From IMG/VR virus record IMGVR_UViG_3300047409_000596, positions 1 to 62,251 of that record: a DNA stretch of 62,251 bases. One strand, 5' to 3'. The translations under genes were made by a program, and so were the position numbers. Below the pieces are notes generated by a model, which saw only the letters and a list, made by a program, of their open reading frames with translations, searched no databases and had not been told where the DNA came from. The DNA comes from a virus. Its lineage: Duplodnaviria > Caudoviricetes. Positions within the stretch are counted from its first letter, which is position 1. The number at the start of each line of letters is the position of its first letter. Positions 9,706 through 19,076 of this stretch are shown here, piece after piece.

Positions 9706-10231
9706 CGAAGTAGTATCTGCACTCGTGGGCGGCGTTCGGGAACAACTCCATGATTTGCTGATCGGTCGCCCAGCCGATCAGCTCCTTCCACACGGCGAAC
9801 GCCTCGCCGGGAATAAACTCCGTGCGCAGGTGCCGTAGCCGCTTCTTCTGACCGGCCCACCAGTCGGCAATGAAGTCGACGCACCAATGCCGGATCTGCG
9901 TGGGCGGGACGGTGTGAAAGTGCCCCGAGCACATCGCCATCGAGGACAGCCAGTGCGGTGTTCGGATCTCGACCCGGGCGCCGACCCGGCAGACGCGGGC
10001 AATCTCGTGCAAGAGGTGCGAGTAGGCGCGGACGTGTTCCAGCGTGTGGCTGGTGTAGACCTCATCCGCGCTGTCGTCGGGGAAGGGCAACGGGTCGCTC
10101 TCAAAGTTGCAGCGCACCTGGACTTCGGGCGCGTCGAGGTAGTCAACGTTGACAAACCCTTCACCCCGCGGCCGTCTGCCGCCCCCGAGTTCGATCTTCG
10201 GCGCCGCTCCAATCGGTTCGCTCGTGTTCAT
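9683..10231 (-). CDS. Class I SAM-dependent methyltransferase
   Basis: IELGGG...GFVNVD, LPFPDDSADEVYTSHTLEH, EIARVC. Confidence 0.85.
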   Translation of the reverse strand: MNTSEPIGAAPKIELGGGRRPRGEGFVNVDYLDAPEVQVRCNFESDPLPFPDDSADEVYTSHTLEHVRAYSHLLHEIARVCRVGARVEIRTPHWLSSMAMCSGHFHTVPPTQIRHWCVDFIADWWAGQKKRLRHLRTEFIPGEAFAVWKELIGWATDQQIMELFPNAAHECRYYFDVITNDV

Positions 10232-11267
10232 GCTCTCGCTTCCAAGCCTCATAACGGGGCAATACAATCCCACGCAGATAGCCCATTGAGTACAGGTCGA
10301 GGGTCGGCACGACGGACTCGTGAAACAGGCACCCCGCCTCGTCCGCTCCAAAGTGCAGCCCCGGGTAACTCTCCGTCCCCCACCATACCGGATCCACCCG
10401 GCGCCAGTCGCGCCGGAACAGTTCCACGTTCCGGGCCCAGTAGAACGTCCCCGAATAATGCCAACTGCTGTCCGATCCCGCAAACCCGCGGCCCACCTTC
10501 TTGAAGGTGCCGGCCAGAGGAAAACGTGCAAGCGTGCGTTCGACCAATGGCCAGTAGTCCAGGCACGTTTCGTACATCAGGCGCGTCCAGGTGTGAATCG
10601 TCGTGCCGGGGTTGACCGGGCGGGTGACGCCCTTGGCGTGCGCGTAGAAGGTGGCCTCGGACGGATCTTCCGTGCGGACGTGCGACCAGAGCGGCAGAAA
10701 CGTGGCCACCTCCCGGCGGCTGTAGCTGTTGGGCATCACCAGCCAGTCGCTCACCGTGCCGCGGAAGAGGTCTTTCACGGCGTCGGGCGGATCGAGTCCC
10801 GGGCCGGTCGAAATGGCCACGATCCGCTTGCCGTTGAACAGGTCGATTCGTTTCCGCAGCTGCAAGACGTTCCGCTGCCAGGTGCCATTGCCGCTCATCG
10901 GGCAGACGTGGTAGAGCAGGTGTCTTGTCCGAATCATTGGCTGGCGGGGTTTGTCGTCAGGGCGATAGTCGTCGCAAGAGCAGCAGTCGAAGGACGTCTT
11001 GTGGCCGTGCCCCTTGTCGCAGCTGAAGACCTTCAGCTTTTTGGCGCCGCCCCGTCAAGTCGGCGCGGTCCGCATCACGGGGCGGCCGCGTTCGTCCCGG
11101 ACGTCGGCGCCGCGATGGACGCAGGGAAGTTCCCGTTTGGCGGATTTCGGTCCCGCTGACAGAGGGCCGTCCCAGAGCCTGCGATAGGCCGGATCCGACA
11201 GGTAGAGGTAGCAGAGGCGACAGGCAGTGGCGTGGGCCTTCGGGTCCGTATGGCCACAGGGGATCAT
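10161..11267 (-). CDS. Cys-rich domain fused through an in-frame TGA (11057-11055) to a glycosyltransferase-like domain
   Basis: ATG 11267 couples to the upstream stop; the frame stays open across TGA into ORF 10161..10937; FYAHAKGV and HYSGTFYWAR motifs; no RBS before ATG 10937. Confidence 0.65.
11021..11038 (-). promoter_or_regulatory. SECIS-like hairpin downstream of in-frame UGA
   Basis: AGCUGAA-GGUC-UUCAGCU; stem starts 17 nt and loop 24 nt after UGA. Confidence 0.5.
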
Positions 11268-12385
11268 GCGGTGATCCAGAAGGTAATGTTTCCAATGCAG
11301 AACGGCGCGGCGGACAACGCGCCGGTGAACGCCAGGAAGAACGGGTCGCAGCTGCACGCCGGCGAGTCCATCGGCGTGTGGTTAAAGGCGTAGGACGTTC
11401 CCTGGAACAGAAAGCCGCCGCAGCCGTTGCCGGGCGAATTGCAAATCAGGGTCCACTTGCGGCCGTTGTTGTCGAACCCCTCCCAGGCGACGGCGCCCGT
11501 GTTGTAGTTCAGGACAAAATCCGTGATCCCGCAGTTGCCGGTTTCGGCCTGGACGGTGACGTGCAGCGTCGCCGGCACGGGGTTGAAGGGACAGCAAGGG
11601 CTGGTGATCAACTCCCCGTAGCCGGAATAGCCGGATCCGCTGCGTGACGCGCCGGAACCGGAGCCTGATCCACTGCCACTGCCTGAACCGCTGCCGGAGC
11701 CCGATCCGCTGCCACTCCCAGAGCCAGAGCCGGAACCTGACCCGGAGCCGCTTCCGCTGCCACTGCCGGAACCTGACCCGCTTCCCGATCCGGAGCCGCT
11801 GCCGGAGCCCGACCCCGATCCACTGCCCGACCCCGAACCGCTCCCGCTGCCGCTTCCCGAGCCCGACCCGCTACCGCTGCCAGAGCCGCCACTTGCCCCC
11901 GAGCCGGACGCGCCCGACACGCCCGATCCGCTCTGCCCGCTGGCGCCGCTGGCGCCGCTGGCGCCGGAACCGCTGTCGCCGCTCGCCCCACTGCCACTGA
12001 CGCCGTAGCCCGAACCGCTCCCGTAGCCCGAGGGCAGAACGTCCTCGGGGCAGCAGGCGGCCGCGTAGACCTTCTTGCCGTCCGACGCCCTGCCGACCAG
12101 CAGCGAGGCGATAATGCCCTGGTCCGCCGTGCAGCACTCGGCGTTTCCGTACAACTTCTTGCCGTCGACTGCCTTGCCGACCAACAGGCCAAGATGCAGG
12201 CCCGGCGCTGCCGTGACGAAGCCGCGGCAGGCGAGGCCCGACACGCCCGATCCGGAGTCATACCCGTAGCCCGAACCGGAATGCACCGGATCGGCCCGGC
12301 ACAACCCGGCGTAGACCTTCTTCCCGTCGACGGCACGGCCCGCCAGGCAAGAGAGGAATCGCTGGGTCTGTACGGGTGCCGCCAC
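11264..12385 (-). CDS. Cys-rich tail protein with long Gly-Ser repeat
   Basis: Three L(V/A)G(R/K)AxDGKK(V/L)Y repeats, a (GS)n tract and a Cys-rich C-terminal domain. Confidence 0.75.
   Translation of the reverse strand: MAAPVQTQRFLSCLAGRAVDGKKVYAGLCRADPVHSGSGYGYDSGSGVSGLACRGFVTAAPGLHLGLLVGKAVDGKKLYGNAECCTADQGIIASLLVGRASDGKKVYAAACCPEDVLPSGYGSGSGYGVSGSGASGDSGSGASGASGASGQSGSGVSGASGSGASGGSGSGSGSGSGSGSGSGSGSGSGSGSGSGSGSGSGSGSGSGSGSGSGSGSGSGSGSGSGSGSGSGSGSGSGSGSGSGSGASRSGSGYSGYGELITSPCCPFNPVPATLHVTVQAETGNCGITDFVLNYNTGAVAWEGFDNNGRKWTLICNSPGNGCGGFLFQGTSYAFNHTPMDSPACSCDPFFLAFTGALSAAPFCIGNITFWITA
11620..12030 (-). repeat. Coding Gly-Ser repeat tract
   Basis: Roughly 40 consecutive GS dipeptides with varied synonymous codons, flanked by SGA/SGY variants. 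Confidence 0.9.
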
Positions 12386-12397
12386 ACGCGCCGTCCC

Positions 12398-12946
12398 TCA
12401 TTGGTTGGCGTCTCTCCACCAACACTCTTCGCCGGGAATCCACACGAGCGTGACCGGGTCGAAGGTCATTTCGCGGGCCGGGTAAAAGCCTTCGGGCGAC
12501 TGTTCGAGGCTGAGGATCTGGATGAACCGCATGATGGGGTATGACCAGAAGGCCACGGCGTTGCCCTGTGCCGTCACCATCGCCAGCGGGTAGCTCTCCA
12601 TGTTCCGCGGGGCCTCGGTTCCCGTCATGGAGATGGCGGGCAAGTTCGAGTCCCCGACCATGCCGTCGGCCGGCACGAAGGGCACGGCGCCGTCGTCGAT
12701 GACCGCCTCTTTCCAGAGATGATAGGTCGGCGGGATCAGCCCTTCGGGGCGCTCCTTGAGACGCACCGTGATCGGCTTGGGGCTGTTCTCCAGCGGCACG
12801 GAAAGGGCCGTGCCGCCCGGCCCACTCGTCTGGTCGGCGCCGCCCCCGCCGGCGGCCTGCTGACGCAAGTCCTCGACTTCGGCCAGCAGGTCGTTCAGCG
12901 CCTCGGCCTGTTCGCGGTTCAGGGTGCCAGGTCGAAAAGGTTTCAT
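12398..12946 (-). CDS. Tail protein
   Basis: ATGA coupling; position after the hub-like gene. Confidence 0.6.
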   Translation of the reverse strand: MKPFRPGTLNREQAEALNDLLAEVEDLRQQAAGGGGADQTSGPGGTALSVPLENSPKPITVRLKERPEGLIPPTYHLWKEAVIDDGAVPFVPADGMVGDSNLPAISMTGTEAPRNMESYPLAMVTAQGNAVAFWSYPIMRFIQILSLEQSPEGFYPAREMTFDPVTLVWIPGEECWWRDANQ

Positions 12947-13875
12947 CGTGAGATCAGGAACAGTTCCTCAAATTCGCTGGTCGGGAACGGCCCGACCGTC
13001 GGATTGTAAACGTAGCCGATCCGCTCCCGCGAGCCGGACGGATCGAGCGTCGTCTGCCAGGTAAACGGATCGTACAGGAAGGTAAACGTCACCTTGTAGA
13101 GCAGGGGCGAGCGCTTGAAATCGTGGTTGAAAAGGGACAGTTCCAGGGGGCTGATCATGGCCAGCTCATCGTCGATGTCGACGTGAGAGAAGTAGAGCCG
13201 CTCGGGCTGGATGCCGGCGAACGCGGTCTTGTTGACCGTCCCCAGACCCGCCATGATCCGTAGCGGCAGACGGTCCTCGTTGAGTAGGTATGTTTCGGGC
13301 ACACGACGCCAGACCCAGACGAACCCGATCCGCCGCAGGGGGATCGACTTCGCCAGCTTGAGCCGGTCGAGACCAGCTACCGCGTAGGCGCCCGTCACGA
13401 ACTTGAACGCGCCCGGCCCGGTGTTGACGTATTCGACCGTGGCCGTGATCTTGCTTCGCTCCGTGTAGCGCTGCCACTCGCTCTCTACAATCCCATCCTC
13501 GACCACGTCGTACTTGGTCGGCTGGTAGAGGACCGTGAAGAGGATGTTTTCGTAGCGGTCGATGAACTGCCCGTTGAAGAGTTGCTCCTTGCCGTTGGGC
13601 GACTCGCCGCGCAGGGAGACGCGCGAGGCCCGCAGCCAGTCATGGGCCGGGTGCCGCGGCGAGGGCTTGCGGGAAATCAATTGCTCGCGCACCGTTTCGG
13701 CGGTGTCGCAGAAATAGAGGACGGCCTCTTCCCGCTCGTCCCACGGCACCCGGAAGGTAAGAACCGCGTTACTGGCGTCCGTCTCGAACGTGGCCTGGGA
13801 CAGGGATTGGGCCGCGTCGTCGACGACGACCGGCCACCTTGAACCGTCCAGCAAGACGACGCCGATTTCCGCCAC
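12943..13875 (-). CDS. Distal tail/baseplate hub-like protein
   Basis: First same-strand gene after the tape measure; GGGAGGG RBS. Confidence 0.55.
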   Translation of the reverse strand: MAEIGVVLLDGSRWPVVVDDAAQSLSQATFETDASNAVLTFRVPWDEREEAVLYFCDTAETVREQLISRKPSPRHPAHDWLRASRVSLRGESPNGKEQLFNGQFIDRYENILFTVLYQPTKYDVVEDGIVESEWQRYTERSKITATVEYVNTGPGAFKFVTGAYAVAGLDRLKLAKSIPLRRIGFVWVWRRVPETYLLNEDRLPLRIMAGLGTVNKTAFAGIQPERLYFSHVDIDDELAMISPLELSLFNHDFKRSPLLYKVTFTFLYDPFTWQTTLDPSGSRERIGYVYNPTVGPFPTSEFEELFLISR

Positions 13876-14009
13876 CCATGCCCTCCCTTTCGGGACGCAT
13901 TATGACGAATACAAAAGCGAAAGGGCAAACGCGCGAGGTCTTGACGCGGCGCTCATCGGCGCGCAAAGTGACGGAGTGCGGCCCCGTACCCTGTCAACGG
14001 AATCACGTC

Positions 14010-14216
14010 ATGCGCACGAACCGCTATCACACCGCCGGCCACCTGTTGCTGATGGCCGGCGGTGTGGTGATCTTCATCACCCTGTTCCTCGACACTTCGG
14101 TCGGCTCGGTCCACAATCTCGGCCTGCTAACGAATCGCATCTGCCTTACCGTCATCGGCGCGGCCCTGGGAGTAATCGGCGCCATCTTTCTGACCGCTCC
14201 CGCCGACCGGGGTTAG
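14010..14216 (+). CDS. Small two-TM membrane protein on the opposite strand (moron)
   Basis: Two hydrophobic helices flanking DTSV..VHNLGLL; convergent with the tape measure gene. Confidence 0.6.
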   Translation: MRTNRYHTAGHLLLMAGGVVIFITLFLDTSVGSVHNLGLLTNRICLTVIGAALGVIGAIFLTAPADRG

Positions 14217-15502
14217 GTGTTCATGGCGTCCCGGGCGTCCCCCTTCGCCTCGGACACCCCGGATTGCGGCTTCAGGCGATCCTTGAGCAGGTTCTTGATG
14301 TCCCCCACGTCATCCGCCGTGCGCTCAGCTGCCGGCTTGCCCCCCGCCGTAAGGCCCGCCTCCAGGATTTTCTTTTGCAGGGCCTCGCCGGAAAGGAAGG
14401 TCGGCGCAATCGGGGCGGCGCCGACGGAACTCTTTGTGCCCGCGGTGGCGGAAGTACCGGTCTTCCCGGAAATCAAGTCCAGCGCATAAGCGACGATGCC
14501 GCCCTGAATTCCGAAGGCACCGGCGCCGGCGCCGACGCGCCCCGCCGTCTTGCTACCCGCTTCTGAACTGTTGCCGAGGATCGAAGAGATTCCTTCAGCG
14601 ACGACACCTATCGTATTCGCCAGGAAGGTCAAGAGCGGTTCCACGGCCTTGAGCACCACTCCGATCAGGCTCGCCACGGCCGACAGCGCCGCCGCCACGC
14701 CTTGCAGAGAGCTACCCAGTGCCCTGAACACGGATTGTGCCAGCCGTGCCAGCACGTTGACGATCGGTTCGACCGCTTTGAACAATGCCCCAAACGCCTG
14801 TCCTACCGCGGCCAGCGATTTGCCCAGACCGGCAAAGGTTGCGCCCCCCTTGCCCTGGGCAATCAACCCCAGCAGGCCCACCACAAGAGCCAGTACGGCC
14901 CCCGCGCCCGTGGCCCCCAGGGCGACGTTGAGGGCGAGCACACCGGCCCTCATTGCCGTCAAGGCGCCCAGCACGGGGCCGGCAATAGTTGCAACCAGCT
15001 TCAGGCCAACGGCAAAGGTGGCGAAGTTCACAATCACCCGCTGTGTCGGCTCGTCCAGGTTCAGGAAGAAATCCGCAACCGATCGAGTCATCTCCGTGAG
15101 TTTTTCCAGGGCCGGAACCAGGGTCTGACCGACGACGGCGGCAAGGTCCGCCGTGGAACGCTGCCACAGCTCGAATTGCGCGGGGGCGCCGACGGAAACG
15201 GTCCGCGTCACACCCGCGGCGATCTGCGCAAACGCCAGTGCGCCAGCCGCACCCACGCCGGCCAGGGCAAGCTTGGCCCTTGCCGATTTCTGGTCGAGGT
15301 CTGCCACCTCCTTGCCCAGCAGATTCGCTTTCATGCCGGCTTCGGCCAGGTCGAGGGCGGTCGCGCGGATCTGTTTGCCCAGTGCGGCGATGTCTGCTGG
15401 GTTTGTTGCCGCTTCCTTGGCACGGCGCAGCGCAAGCATCCCCTCCTGGAGACGCTTGACGTCGTCCTGCGTCTGCTGCAGTTCCTCGCGCTGATCAGCC
15501 AT
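14213..15502 (-). CDS. Tail tape measure protein (short)
   Basis: Ala/Gly/Leu-rich amphipathic helices, central hydrophobic region, follows the chaperone pair. Confidence 0.8.
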   Translation of the reverse strand: MADQREELQQTQDDVKRLQEGMLALRRAKEAATNPADIAALGKQIRATALDLAEAGMKANLLGKEVADLDQKSARAKLALAGVGAAGALAFAQIAAGVTRTVSVGAPAQFELWQRSTADLAAVVGQTLVPALEKLTEMTRSVADFFLNLDEPTQRVIVNFATFAVGLKLVATIAGPVLGALTAMRAGVLALNVALGATGAGAVLALVVGLLGLIAQGKGGATFAGLGKSLAAVGQAFGALFKAVEPIVNVLARLAQSVFRALGSSLQGVAAALSAVASLIGVVLKAVEPLLTFLANTIGVVAEGISSILGNSSEAGSKTAGRVGAGAGAFGIQGGIVAYALDLISGKTGTSATAGTKSSVGAAPIAPTFLSGEALQKKILEAGLTAGGKPAAERTADDVGDIKNLLKDRLKPQSGVSEAKGDARDAMNT

Positions 15503-15809
15503 GCTCCTTCACCTCCCCGCGGGCCACCTTCTCTTTCCACCGTGCCAGGATCTGCTCTTGCGTCCAACCGCGGGACTTCCACACGTCCCAGAACCACTCG
15601 CGGTAGCTGCCGTACTTGCTCGGCGTGGACGTGGGCCGGCGTCTCGCGGCCTTTTTCTCCGGCCGACACAGGATCTCGTTAATCTGGTAGTCCGTCAGGT
15701 CCGCGATCTGGTCGAAGGACAGGTTATACGGCTCGACGATGAGTTTCTGGTAGAGTTCCTCGACGTCCGGGAAAGGATTCAGCTGTCCTTCCCGGCCCCG
15801 GCGTTTGGG
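15495..15809 (-). CDS. Tail assembly chaperone GT extension (-1 frameshift product)
   Basis: Slippery C-CCA-AAC at 15809-15803; the -1 frame is open (PKRRGREGQLNPFPDVEELYQKL...KEHG*) to TGA at 15497-15495, with no ATG. Confidence 0.8.
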   Translation of the reverse strand, partial: PKRRGREGQLNPFPDVEELYQKLIVEPYNLSFDQIADLTDYQINEILCRPEKKAARRRPTSTPSKYGSYREWFWDVWKSRGWTQEQILARWKEKVARGEVKEHG

Positions 15810-16258
15810 TCGCCGTCCTCCTTGTCGAACCAGTCGGGGTGAAGTGCCCGCAAGCCCTCGTTGACCTGTTCGCCCCGTTCGGCCAGCAGCCTTTCCGCCA
15901 GTGCCTGAGTGGCGTCGGCGCCGTGTTTCTTGGCGAGCATCAGCCGTAGCATCTCGACCATGCCCTCGACACTATTGAGCATGGCCTGCACCCGCGGACC
16001 GTACAGGGCGTATTCCCTGCCGGCCAGGGAAGAGGCCATGTCCTCCCGCAGCTGTCGGTATTCGTCGGGAGTGAGGTAGTCCTTTGCCGCGCGAACTTCC
16101 GCCCAGGCGCGCTTGCGTACCCACGCCTCGATGCCGGCCTTGTCACGCTGGGTGAAGGGGAGAAGGGTATACGTCTTGCCGTCCAGCTCGACGTCGTAAC
16201 CCGGGCCGGACGCGCCCAGCGCCTGCGAGACGGTGCCGCCCTGGTTGCCGGTGGCCAC
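15779..16258 (-). CDS. Tail assembly chaperone G
   Basis: Between tail tube and tape measure; VELDGKTYTL motif; ends just after the DPN slippery site. Confidence 0.8.
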   Translation of the reverse strand: MATGNQGGTVSQALGASGPGYDVELDGKTYTLLPFTQRDKAGIEAWVRKRAWAEVRAAKDYLTPDEYRQLREDMASSLAGREYALYGPRVQAMLNSVEGMVEMLRLMLAKKHGADATQALAERLLAERGEQVNEGLRALHPDWFDKEDGDPNAGAGKDS

Positions 16259-16262
16259 GTTG

Positions 16263-16343
16263 GAAACTCCAAATCACAAATCCGAAATCCAAAGGAAGAC
16301 GGCCGTCTTTTTGGATTTCGGATTTGGCTTTTTCTTCTTCCGC
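16263..16343. repeat. Heptamer-based hairpin element (AAATCCG/AAATCAC family), copy 1
   Basis: CAAATCACAAATCCGAAATCCAAA...TTTGGATTTCGGATTTGG; related copy at 45882-45965. Confidence 0.8.
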
Positions 16344-16350
16344 GGAGCGG

Positions 16351-16746
16351 TCACTCTCCGGGTGCGAAATAGTCGTCGTGCGACTTGCCGCGGATCGAAA
16401 AATCAACGCGGCCGTCGACCTCGTCGGACGTCTCGACCTCGTCGATGTTCAGAAAGGGAAAGTTCCAGCAGAGGCCGGACACGCGGTCGATGAACAGCTT
16501 GAAATCGCCCACCCGCGAGCGGGCGCGGAAGTTGGGCGGGTCGGCGGTCGGGGTCAGGTCACGGTCGAAGTATCCGCTCGCCTCGACGTCACAGCCCGCG
16601 AGTCCGTAGATATTCTTCCGCTTGTCGCTCTCGAAATCGTTGGCGGGGACGTTCGTTCCCGACTCGCGGACACGCCACTTTTCGAGGTAGATGATCGTGC
16701 CGTCGCAGGTGATACGCCCTTCGGTTCCGCTGTAAGGATCAGCCAC
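16351..16746 (-). CDS. Major tail tube protein
   Basis: SGTEGRI..., GxxGCDVEASGYFD, VDGRVDFSIRGKS; AGGAGG RBS. Confidence 0.75.
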   Translation of the reverse strand: MADPYSGTEGRITCDGTIIYLEKWRVRESGTNVPANDFESDKRKNIYGLAGCDVEASGYFDRDLTPTADPPNFRARSRVGDFKLFIDRVSGLCWNFPFLNIDEVETSDEVDGRVDFSIRGKSHDDYFAPGE

Positions 16747-16757
16747 CGGAAACCTCC

Positions 16758-17303
16758 TTAGCGGCAGAACAGGGTGATGCGAACGGCGGCGGCGACAGCC
16801 GCGTCGTTGTTGACGATCTTGATCGTGTCGACGGTGCCGTTGGCCACCGTGAGGCCCGCCGAGTGGTCGGAGCCCGCCCGGAAGTCACCGTTGTGGATCG
16901 TATCCGTCGCGGCCGCGCTCATGCCGAACTGGAAGGGCTGCGTGGCGTGGTTGCCAATCGTGATCCCGGAACAGGCCGTGCCGAGCACGTTGCCATTGGC
17001 GTCCTTGTCCGAGGTCGAGAGCAGCTCGACCAGCCAGAGGACGACCTTCGTCACCGGCACGGCCAGGTCGTTGACGACGTTGGTCAGGGCGGTGGCAATG
17101 TCGACGTTGGCCGTTGCCGCGGCAGCGATGGAGACGATGGTCGAAATCATCTCCTGGAACTGATCAGCCGACGAACCCAGAGACAGGGAAACGGTCCGCT
17201 TCACGGAGTCGTTGGAGGGCAGGTTGGGCAGGCCGGACCGTGCCTTGGACACGGTCCACTGCGCCTGCACCGTCAGCTTTCCCTGTGCCGCGCTCAGCGT
17301 CAT
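16758..17303 (-). CDS. Virion structural protein
   Basis: ATG at 17303; beta-rich; between tail terminator and tube. Confidence 0.6.
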   Translation of the reverse strand: MTLSAAQGKLTVQAQWTVSKARSGLPNLPSNDSVKRTVSLSLGSSADQFQEMISTIVSIAAAATANVDIATALTNVVNDLAVPVTKVVLWLVELLSTSDKDANGNVLGTACSGITIGNHATQPFQFGMSAAATDTIHNGDFRAGSDHSAGLTVANGTVDTIKIVNNDAAVAAAVRITLFCR

Positions 17304-17305
17304 AT

Positions 17306-17725
17306 TCAGGCCCCCCTTCGATGCAGTCGCGCGTGAAACACCAGTTCCGTCCGCGTTACCCGCCGCGTCCCGGTGCTGCGAAGCCGGTCCAGGCTCACGC
17401 GGTAGTCGTCGACCCGCATTCGCAGCAGCTGGGCGTTGTCGATGTCCAGCGGCTTCAGGTCGAAGGCCCTCCGGATCAACCCGCCCAGCGTTTCGGCCGA
17501 AGCCGTCCCCTCGAACCACCAGCGGAACGTCCAGGTGGCGTCCACCTGCCGCCCGCCCTCGAAGTCGTCCGGCTTCTCCGGCTGTTCCAGGCTGGCGAGG
17601 ACCACAAAGGTTCCCAGGGGCGTCCCTTCTCGCGGCTCCTCATTGAACAGCGAAACGGCCGCCGTCTGCAAACCGCCGTCGTCGCCCCAGACCTCATGAA
17701 TCGCCCCCAGCAGTGTCGCACTCAT
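17306..17725 (-). CDS. Tail terminator/completion protein
   Basis: Size and synteny; ATGA coupling at 17722-17725. Confidence 0.6.
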   Translation of the reverse strand: MSATLLGAIHEVWGDDGGLQTAAVSLFNEEPREGTPLGTFVVLASLEQPEKPDDFEGGRQVDATWTFRWWFEGTASAETLGGLIRRAFDLKPLDIDNAQLLRMRVDDYRVSLDRLRSTGTRRVTRTELVFHARLHRRGA

Positions 17726-18081
17726 TGCAGCCGGATCTCTTCCCCCAGGATCTCCGTGAACGGCCCGATCCCGCCCCGTCGTCTCACCCGCTTGACCGTG
17801 GCCACGCGCAGGTACGTCGTCACGCCCGCCTCGTCCGTAACCTTCAGTCGCTGGCCGAGTACGATTCCTTCTTGCTCCGTGACCACGCTCCAGTCGACTT
17901 TCTGGCCGGCGATGGCAAAGTCCGCCATGCGGGCGGCGGACAGAGGCGTCAGGACACACGGCACAGCCGTCAGGACCGCCGCCCAGGTTGAATCGTCGAT
18001 GCCCCCGCTCGAGTCGCGAGGCGGGCTGGCGGCAATGGCCTCGACGTCCATCACATGCGTCAGCAGTGAGGCGATGCTCAA
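17722..18081 (-). CDS. Head closure (stopper) protein
   Basis: RDSSGG..STW..VLTAVPCVL motif; follows the adaptor. Confidence 0.65.
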   Translation of the reverse strand: MSIASLLTHVMDVEAIAASPPRDSSGGIDDSTWAAVLTAVPCVLTPLSAARMADFAIAGQKVDWSVVTEQEGIVLGQRLKVTDEAGVTTYLRVATVKRVRRRGGIGPFTEILGEEIRLQ

Positions 18082-18119
18082 CCTACCACCCCCGCGGCCG
18101 TTTCCGCAAACGAGCCCGC

Positions 18120-18851
18120 TCAGGTCCCCGTTCCAACCGCCGGCAAGCGGTAGCGAGCAAGCAGGCTCCTCGTTTCTCCCAGCTCCGGCCTGTTCTGGAG
18201 CCCGGCCAGGGCATACGAATAGCCTGCCAGACTTTCCGAGGTGAGTACCCGCCCGCCCGTCACCGTGTATTTCAAAAACCAACACGCCAACTCGTTGCAG
18301 GCCTGACTGAGGTCCGCCGGCACAGGGTTGAAACCCGCCTTCAAGTTCGTGATCTTGACGTTGCCATAGCCCCTGTACCAGAACGGCGCCTGCCTTGCCG
18401 CCAGCCGGCCGCGACCCCAACTGCCCCACCCCCAGCCGCTGCCATCCAGAAGGCTCAGCGAGGTTACACTGCCGCTGCCCCCTGCGATCCGCCGGAGCAA
18501 CCCGCCCTTGCTGGCCGGCCCGGTCCCGTCGCCGTCCTGGACAATGACCCAGTCGGTGCCCTCGAGGATCTGCGACGAGGCGGGAAAGGCCCCGGCGCGC
18601 TTGCCGAAGTACCCGTTGGAATCCAGGTAGACGGCGTCAATGCTCGTGACGGGGTAGTGGGGCAGGATCAGGTCTTCGATGCCGTTACCGCTCAGGTAGA
18701 GCGTGGCAATGGTCTGTTCGTCCAGGACGTTCCGCATCGTGTACCGGCGGATCGCCTCATCCGCCGCGTCCAGGGCCGCCTGCAGCTGCGGCGTCGTGTA
18801 GGTGGCCAGCCCCGGCACGATCGACAGGGCGCCCGGACTGGATAGCGCCAC
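18120..18851 (-). CDS. Head-tail adaptor (connector) protein
   Basis: AADEAIRRYT.R, L.LP..PV.SI, AGF..VPADL.QAC, SESLAGYSY. Confidence 0.8.
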   Translation of the reverse strand: MALSSPGALSIVPGLATYTTPQLQAALDAADEAIRRYTMRNVLDEQTIATLYLSGNGIEDLILPHYPVTSIDAVYLDSNGYFGKRAGAFPASSQILEGTDWVIVQDGDGTGPASKGGLLRRIAGGSGSVTSLSLLDGSGWGWGSWGRGRLAARQAPFWYRGYGNVKITNLKAGFNPVPADLSQACNELACWFLKYTVTGGRVLTSESLAGYSYALAGLQNRPELGETRSLLARYRLPAVGTGT

Positions 18852-18854
18852 GGT

Positions 18855-19073
18855 TCACGCCCCCTTCCGCTCGTGCGGGTCGAAGTCCTTGCCGCACACG
18901 CCGCACATCACCACCGTCCGGCCCTGGTGGATCCGCACGCACCCCCTGAATCCGGACCGGCGCACGCCTGCCGCGCTGCCTCGATCGTACTGCGCCGCCA
19001 CGGCCCGGCAGTGCGGGCAGTGGATGCCGGTTGCGGCCGGACGCAGCATGCGGTCGTGGTAGGTGCGTGTCAT
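18855..19073 (-). CDS. Small Zn-ribbon protein
   Basis: CPHC...CGVC. Confidence 0.6.
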   Translation of the reverse strand: MTRTYHDRMLRPAATGIHCPHCRAVAAQYDRGSAAGVRRSGFRGCVRIHQGRTVVMCGVCGKDFDPHERKGA

Positions 19074-19076
19074 CCG

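Noticed and set aside
11620-12030. GS tract as a CRISPR array or simple DNA satellite
   Set aside because: No repeat-spacer structure; synonymous codon variation shows a protein-level repeat.
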